Below, piece by piece: positions 50,876 through 56,874 of a stretch of 56,874 nt of DNA (the stretch's first letter is position 1; every line of letters begins with the position of its first letter). The translations under genes and the position numbers were made by a program. The notes under the pieces were generated by a model. The model made no database searches. It was not told the origin of the DNA and was given only the letters and a program-made list of their open reading frames with translations. This stretch comes from Octopus bimaculoides (Eukaryota): the NCBI RefSeq assembly GCF_001194135.2, contig NC_068982.1:172041368-172098241 (forward strand), read 5' to 3'.

Positions 50876-52739
50876 TGGGGTGTAAGGTAATCAGGCAATG
50901 TGTGGCCTGGCATTTGTAATACATCTGCTGCTTTTAAGTTGTCTTGTTTCAATATTGGTTCTTCATATGTGCAACGACTGTGGCTTCGTACTATTGAAGG
51001 AATGTTTAGGGTGTGTCTGTTTGTGTGGGTGACTGAGTATAATTTTTGTCTCTGAAAGTATGTCTATGAGTATGTATTTATGTATTTTTATGTATGTGTG
51101 AAATATGGAGGTTTAGCGCTATGCTCTTTTCAGGAGAATGAAAATTCATTTTGTCTCTTTCTTCACATATTCGTGATGATGGTGGCAAAAACGAGAGTGT
51201 TAACAACAGCAGCAGTTGTAGTGATTGCAATAGTAGTAGCGGTGGGGGTAAGATTGCTCTGGTCTTGAAAAGGGTTAAGAGTTTAGTTCCACCTGCTAGA
51301 ATTAATTATCTTACCATTTCTTTCCTTCCTCTTCTTTTTTTTCTTTTCTCAGATGTATTTCTCCATTTATTTACTTATTGATTTTTTTCTATTTCTTTGT
51401 TCCTTTGTTTGTTTATGTGTTTAATTAGTTATTTGTGAAATATTTTCGACAAATATATCATGAGTATCATATACGGATGAGTGAAACTCTTGACATTTCT
51501 GGGAGAAAATGGCTTAGAGATAAAAGAGAAAGACAGACAGCCTCATAAAAATGCTAGAGAGAGTGTGAAGGGAAGGCGAAAATTAAAACGATAAAGATAA
51601 TCATACGAGTATGAGGAGGGAGAGAGAGAGACAGACAGACAGAGTCACAGAGAGAGATGATGAGATAGAGAAAAAGAGAGGGGTGGAGAGAATGAGAGAA
51701 ATTGTCAAAGAGACAAGCTTTTGAATGCTTGCCATTGACATCTTAGCATGTTATCTGATATCTTGTCAAGAGATGTGAGACCTTCCATCACCAAATTGAG
51801 AGCGATGTCGGCGTGACTGACAGATAAGACAAGCTTAACTGTACACGTAAGCCGAAGAACGACAGCATACACATTGGTATGGGGCAAAATCTTATTATAA
51901 GTCCTTAATATTAGCGATTAGCTCAGGGTGTTATATGACAAAATCGGTAGAGGCGCCTGGGTAAAATGCTTTGCGGTATTTAGTTGTTCGTTATTTCCTA
52001 ACTAAAAGCACTTACTAGTGTTTAACACGTCTGCGGAAAATTCAAAGGGCTAACGAGTGAAAATGTTGGTAGTCACCCGACTGCTTATTTAGCCAAATAT
52101 CCACCAAATCCTGCGTTCTAAAAAAATAGTAGGACAACATGCGATCTGCAAATAAAGTTTGTTCGCTCCATCTTTTCCCAAAAAGGTGTTTGTGTGTCTG
52201 TGTAAATACATATTTTCTGGTTTGCTTATTAAAAGATCAGCGCCCTTTCTCGTTTTATCCAAAAAGTGACTAACTATATTGTATATCTGAATATGAAAGA
52301 TTGCTTGGAAACCCAAGGCTTGATATATAAGCTTACTAGTTCATTGTGTTTTCATAACATGAAACTAACAATAGCTCATATTCAAGTATGGTGTGTATTG
52401 GTTCCAAATTTTGGAACAAAGCAAGTACTTTCGGTGGAGAGGCGTACCCGAAATTTGAGTTCTCATTTCATTCTAATTTTTACAAATATTTTAAATTCAT
52501 TTTCATTTGCACAAATGTTTTACTTCACAACTTTTTCCACTTCACAAAGCTTTTCTACATCCTTGCGAACTTTTTAAAAAATGCTATAACATTTAAGAAT
52601 ATATATAACATTACTCGATATGGCTTCAAGTTGTGTAAGTAGGAGATATTTTAAGCTTTCTCAATTTTTAATATATACTTTTGTTTAGGGATTTGGATTG
52701 CAAGATTCTTTATATAAGTTCGTGTGCTGAAGCATATTT

Positions 52740-52919
52740 TATTGTGTCTGGGGAGAGTCGTTCTCTTTTAGTGCCTTATTATTTAACACACTCACCGGTA
52801 AAGTTTCCACTCATTTACTCATTTATTTTTCCTAAAATTTTCGTTGCATCTTGCAAACTTTTCAACAGTCGTAGACTCTGTCCGTTATCCGAACTGCGTT
52901 CTTTTTGTTTGTTTGTGCT

Positions 52920-52951
<32 letters not shown>

Positions 52952-53367
52952 TGCATACACACACACACACATACATGCATACACACACATTCATACATAC
53001 ATACATACACATTCATACATGCACACATTCATACATGCACACATTCATACATACACACACATTCATACATGCATACACACACATTCATGCATGCATGCAT
53101 ACATACATACATAATAAAATACATACATATATACATACATACATGTGTATGCACACGCACACACACACTGAACCACACACATGCGCACAAACAAACAAAA
53201 AGAACGCAATTCGGATAACGGACAGAGTAAACGACTATTGAAAAGGTTGCAAATCGCAATGGAAACTTTCGGGAAAATAAATAAGTAAATGAGTGGAAAC
53301 TTTAGCGGTGAGTATGTTAAATAATAAGGCACTAAAAGAGAATAAATCTCCCTAGACACAACACAAT
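52740..53367. mobile_element. Foldback element with ~180-bp TIRs around a (CA/CATA)n spacer
   Basis: 52742-52920 and 53175-53360 are reverse complements with scattered mismatches (same pseudo-peptide LLVPYYLT.SP.KFPLIY on opposite strands in the ORF track). Confidence 0.8.
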
Positions 53368-54711
53368 ATATATAAATCAAATACAGAAATACAATTATTG
53401 ACAATCTAACAATTTCATTTACGTTATAATATGATATAATATAAATAACCAATTAAAAAACAATAAATAAAGCCAGCAATTTGTTTTGACTTATATACAT
53501 TATTTTATTTATAAACAATTCATATCTATGTATACAAGTCTCTTCAGGGCCTCGGTTGAAAAAGACAGGCGAAATTCCATGTAAAATTACTGTTAGATTG
53601 CAAAATACTAATTCAAAATACCTATGTTTAGGAGCGTGAGCGTTAACAAACATAATAAATACAATAAAAGAGCAACAAAATTCAAATGGATAAAATAAGT
53701 ATATATACAAACCTCTGTTCCGATATATGGGAGTGCATGTGTGTGTGCGTTCCCAATACATGCGCGTGCATGTGTGTGTGCGCGTGCTTGTGCGTGTGTG
53801 TCCATATACGTCTGTGTGTCTGTGCTAATCTGCCGAGCCAATCGATTGTTTCCTAGCTTTTGCCAACCTACTAAACTGGTGTTGTTGATACGTTTGATGT
53901 CCACCTCATATTTCTACAGGTTAAAAACTATAAGAATCATTCGGACGCGGAGAAAGAGCGAGGGAGCTTCGGAAATTGCTTGAGTTATCTCCATGTTTTA
54001 CCTATGGACCAAAATCATTCGTTCTCAAACAGATCAAAACACTTTACTACAAAGAAGTACCAATATCCATGAGCGGGGGGGGGGGGCAACATGATTTTAA
54101 ATTTGACTGTTTAACGTTCCTACTTCGTAATTTACTGACGGTGAGCCGCCGCGTAGCGTTATCAGCCATTGCATGATGACTGAAATAGTATAAGAGAATC
54201 GCTCTCTTTCATCAGTTGGACCACCCTCCGTCCAGCATCTGTGACCGAAAAGGAGATAAGTACTCTGAAATGCTGCACCTCACAGTCTGGAAAGAGGGCG
54301 CTGCGAACTGATCTAGGTGTATTTACACCATTGTCAATAGCAAAACTCAGTAAATGGCTTGTTTATTAGACCAAACGTGCCACAAGCATATTTGAATTGG
54401 TAGTAATATTGCATCTAAGCAATGTACTTTTAATGGATACAGTTCATTATCATGTACATGACGGGTATTTGTTCCGTAGGATTTACACAGCTATTGTCAA
54501 ATGTATCATCGGATTGCAATTAGTGCTGACAGATTAACTCTACATCTGGGTATAGCTTGGGAAAGGTGATGCACTCCACCTGACAGACTTGCCTGTGGAC
54601 ACACGAGGCGATAACTGATCTCCCAGGAAACACATACAGCCGAAAATGTTGAAGCATTTTCTGAAATATCAATATATTTATTTCTTTAGTTGTGTTTCCT
54701 TCCCTCTCTTT

Positions 54712-54756
<45 letters not shown>

Positions 54757-54939
54757 CCTTTCCCTTTCTCTCTTCTATCCCACATACACACACACATACA
54801 TATATATAATTCACGAACTGTTACTCCGAGTTTCACGTAACTGTTCCTCAGGTAGTTGTGATAATGCACACTTGTGTAAAAGTTTTTTCGGCTTTAATAA
54901 AATAGTATTTTTACTTGAGTACTATCTTTTCTTCCTTGG

Positions 54940-54971
<32 letters not shown>

Positions 54972-55048
54972 AAGTACACCATCGTCTTTGGATTTGGTTT
55001 TATCGTATANNNNNNNNNNTTTGGATTTGGTTTTATCGTATACACACT

Positions 55049-55099
<51 letters not shown>

Positions 55100-55539
55100 A
55101 TATATAAGTCCATACATAAGTACGGCGAAGATTTATTATTAGCTCGCTTCGCTTCATATATCTTCAAGTGGCTAACAAAGCCGGTCTTAGATAGACGAAC
55201 TCTTTTACAAGTAGAACATTTTGAGGAGATTATTGCTATCTGTGGGGCTTCCTTTTGCGTTTCGTTTAAATTATGCGTGTGGAATATGACATTCAGTAAA
55301 TTTTTCTCCGTAATGTCTTATGGACTGCAATAATATCCCAACTTTCCTCATCAACTTTGTGTTTTTTTCTTTCAGAACTAATTGAAAACAGTCCATATGT
55401 TCTAACTTCAGTTTGTAAAGAAGTCTTTTTTAGAGAACAGAAGTTTGCATAGTGCTTGGAATTTTATAAATTTCCTACAGTCTACAAAACTGGCCCACGT
55501 CGTTTTCTTAGGCTGAACTAGAGCTTTTATAAACACACG

Positions 55540-56645
55540 CACACACAAGATGTTATTTGCTTAGTATTCTCTTTGTCGATAGAATCGCTTCTACATTTGG
55601 TCGTCAAAAGGTGTTGCCGGTGAAATATGATGTGACATTTAAAAGCTGTCTCAATCGATGTTAAGCTTCTGCTTCTTAATTTTAGGTAGAAGTGGTCTAC
55701 GTCACTGTTGGGGAAATTTTATTTTTCTGCTGGTTGGTATCTTTCGGATTTTCACATCAATAATTCGGATCTCAACAAGTGTCCAATCAAGTAGCCCAAA
55801 TGTTTGTATAAGTACTGGCACTGCAGAAACATTGTGAGTCAGTGTTTTATCGGAGGCAGACAGTCATGAGGTTCATATTTTACTTATCAAGCTTTTATAT
55901 CCTTTTGTGACACGTTCATTCTTACAGGTACAAACCAACGTAGGGTACGCTTTCATCTATCCTTAGGTACCAATATCATTCTTTACCCGTCAGATATCGG
56001 ACAAACAGTCAATTCATTAATGAAGATGTTATTACTCTGGTGCATAGTTCCCCCTCGTTTCACATTCATATAGGATCATTAGTATTGACCAAACTCTATT
56101 CCTATATCATTTGAGAATGTTGTAAATCTTGCAAATCAAGGCACTTTTTCATGTAATGCATATTTCTCACATACAGCTTCAAGTCCTTTACAAAGAAGCA
56201 GTGTACTTCTGTCACCGCTTGAAAGAATGGAATACTCTTCAAACTTCCTCAGCATAACAAGAGGTTTACTGAAAGTATGAGCAGCATCCCAGAGAGGCTG
56301 TCCCCTTGGAATATGCCTCTGAAATGTAGTATTTCATCGGTGATAATACAATTATTCTTTACAATTAAATTCAAGATAAGAGCCCAGGACGAAGTCAGGC
56401 CAGCAGATACTTCGACTATTCTCTGTGGAACTTTAGGGAGTAGAAAGACCTTCAAGCGGGTGTCGGAACCAAAAGTTTTCATATAGTCCAACCACATTGA
56501 AATCCGATCCCTTGTATGATGCTACACTTCTGACATTACAGTTCTTTTGATCAACAATTGCTCGACACATACTCAAACTCCTTTCTTCCCAGATGCTGCT
56601 TCTACTGTGATGATATTATTATTTTCACGATGGTCTTGGAGTAGT
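55540..56645 (-). pseudogene. Reverse transcriptase fragment of an RLE-type (R4/Dong-like) non-LTR retrotransposon
   Basis: NNII..ASGKKGV..EQLLI, MWLDYMK, RGIFQGDSLS, DLKLY, NDIGIEFG, AVPVLIQTFGLLDWT..IDVKIRK, NSDVDHFYL; many stops/frameshifts. Confidence 0.9.
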
Positions 56646-56816
56646 AAATTTAAACAGACTGAATATATATATATACATATATACACGCACACACACATAT
56701 ATATACATACACACACACGCATATAAACATAGACATATACACACACGCACATATATATGCATACATACACACATATATATATATATATACATATATAGAT
56801 ATAGATATATACATAA

Positions 56817-56874
<58 letters not shown>

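Noticed and set aside
51705-52286. Minus-strand candidate exons (VKLVLSVSHADIALNLVMEG; IYNIVSHFLDKTRKGADLL)
   Set aside because: Plausible acceptors but weak donors and no homology; cannot separate from chance without RNA-seq.
54560-54662. Minus-strand acceptor atatttcag with a possible GC donor cag|gcaagt
   Set aside because: All three frames are open, so no frame can be chosen; no homology recognised.
54987-55042. 23-bp direct repeat either side of a 10-N gap
   Set aside because: Typical unmerged contig overlap; assembly artefact.

Overview
Eukaryotic, AT-rich, gap-ridden scaffold dominated by microsatellites, tRNA-derived SINEs and decayed transposons. The repeat families and the dense compound (TA)n/(CA)n/(GATA)n tracts look like an octopod cephalopod (Octopus) draft assembly; this is an inference from memory, not a database result. 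No prokaryotic genes, CRISPR arrays, rRNA or true tRNA genes are supported, and almost all long ORFs in the track are artefacts of N-gaps or simple repeats. Supported content: (i) two phase-compatible minus-strand exons of an unidentified host gene (22058-22261 and 8780-8869, about 13.2 kb apart); (ii) a full-length dead mariner, a deleted mariner, a Tc1 fragment, hAT transposase remnants and several hAT MITEs; (iii) RLE-type (R4/Dong-like) non-LTR and Penelope-like fragments; (iv) about 30 SINE copies in at least four families; (v) several foldback/hairpin elements. The most unusual structure is 45812-47708: inverted arrays of an ordered ~15-bp unit flanked by a 6-bp direct repeat, enclosing a zinc-knuckle plus PD-(D/E)xK endonuclease fragment of an RLE retrotransposon that three SINE families later invaded.
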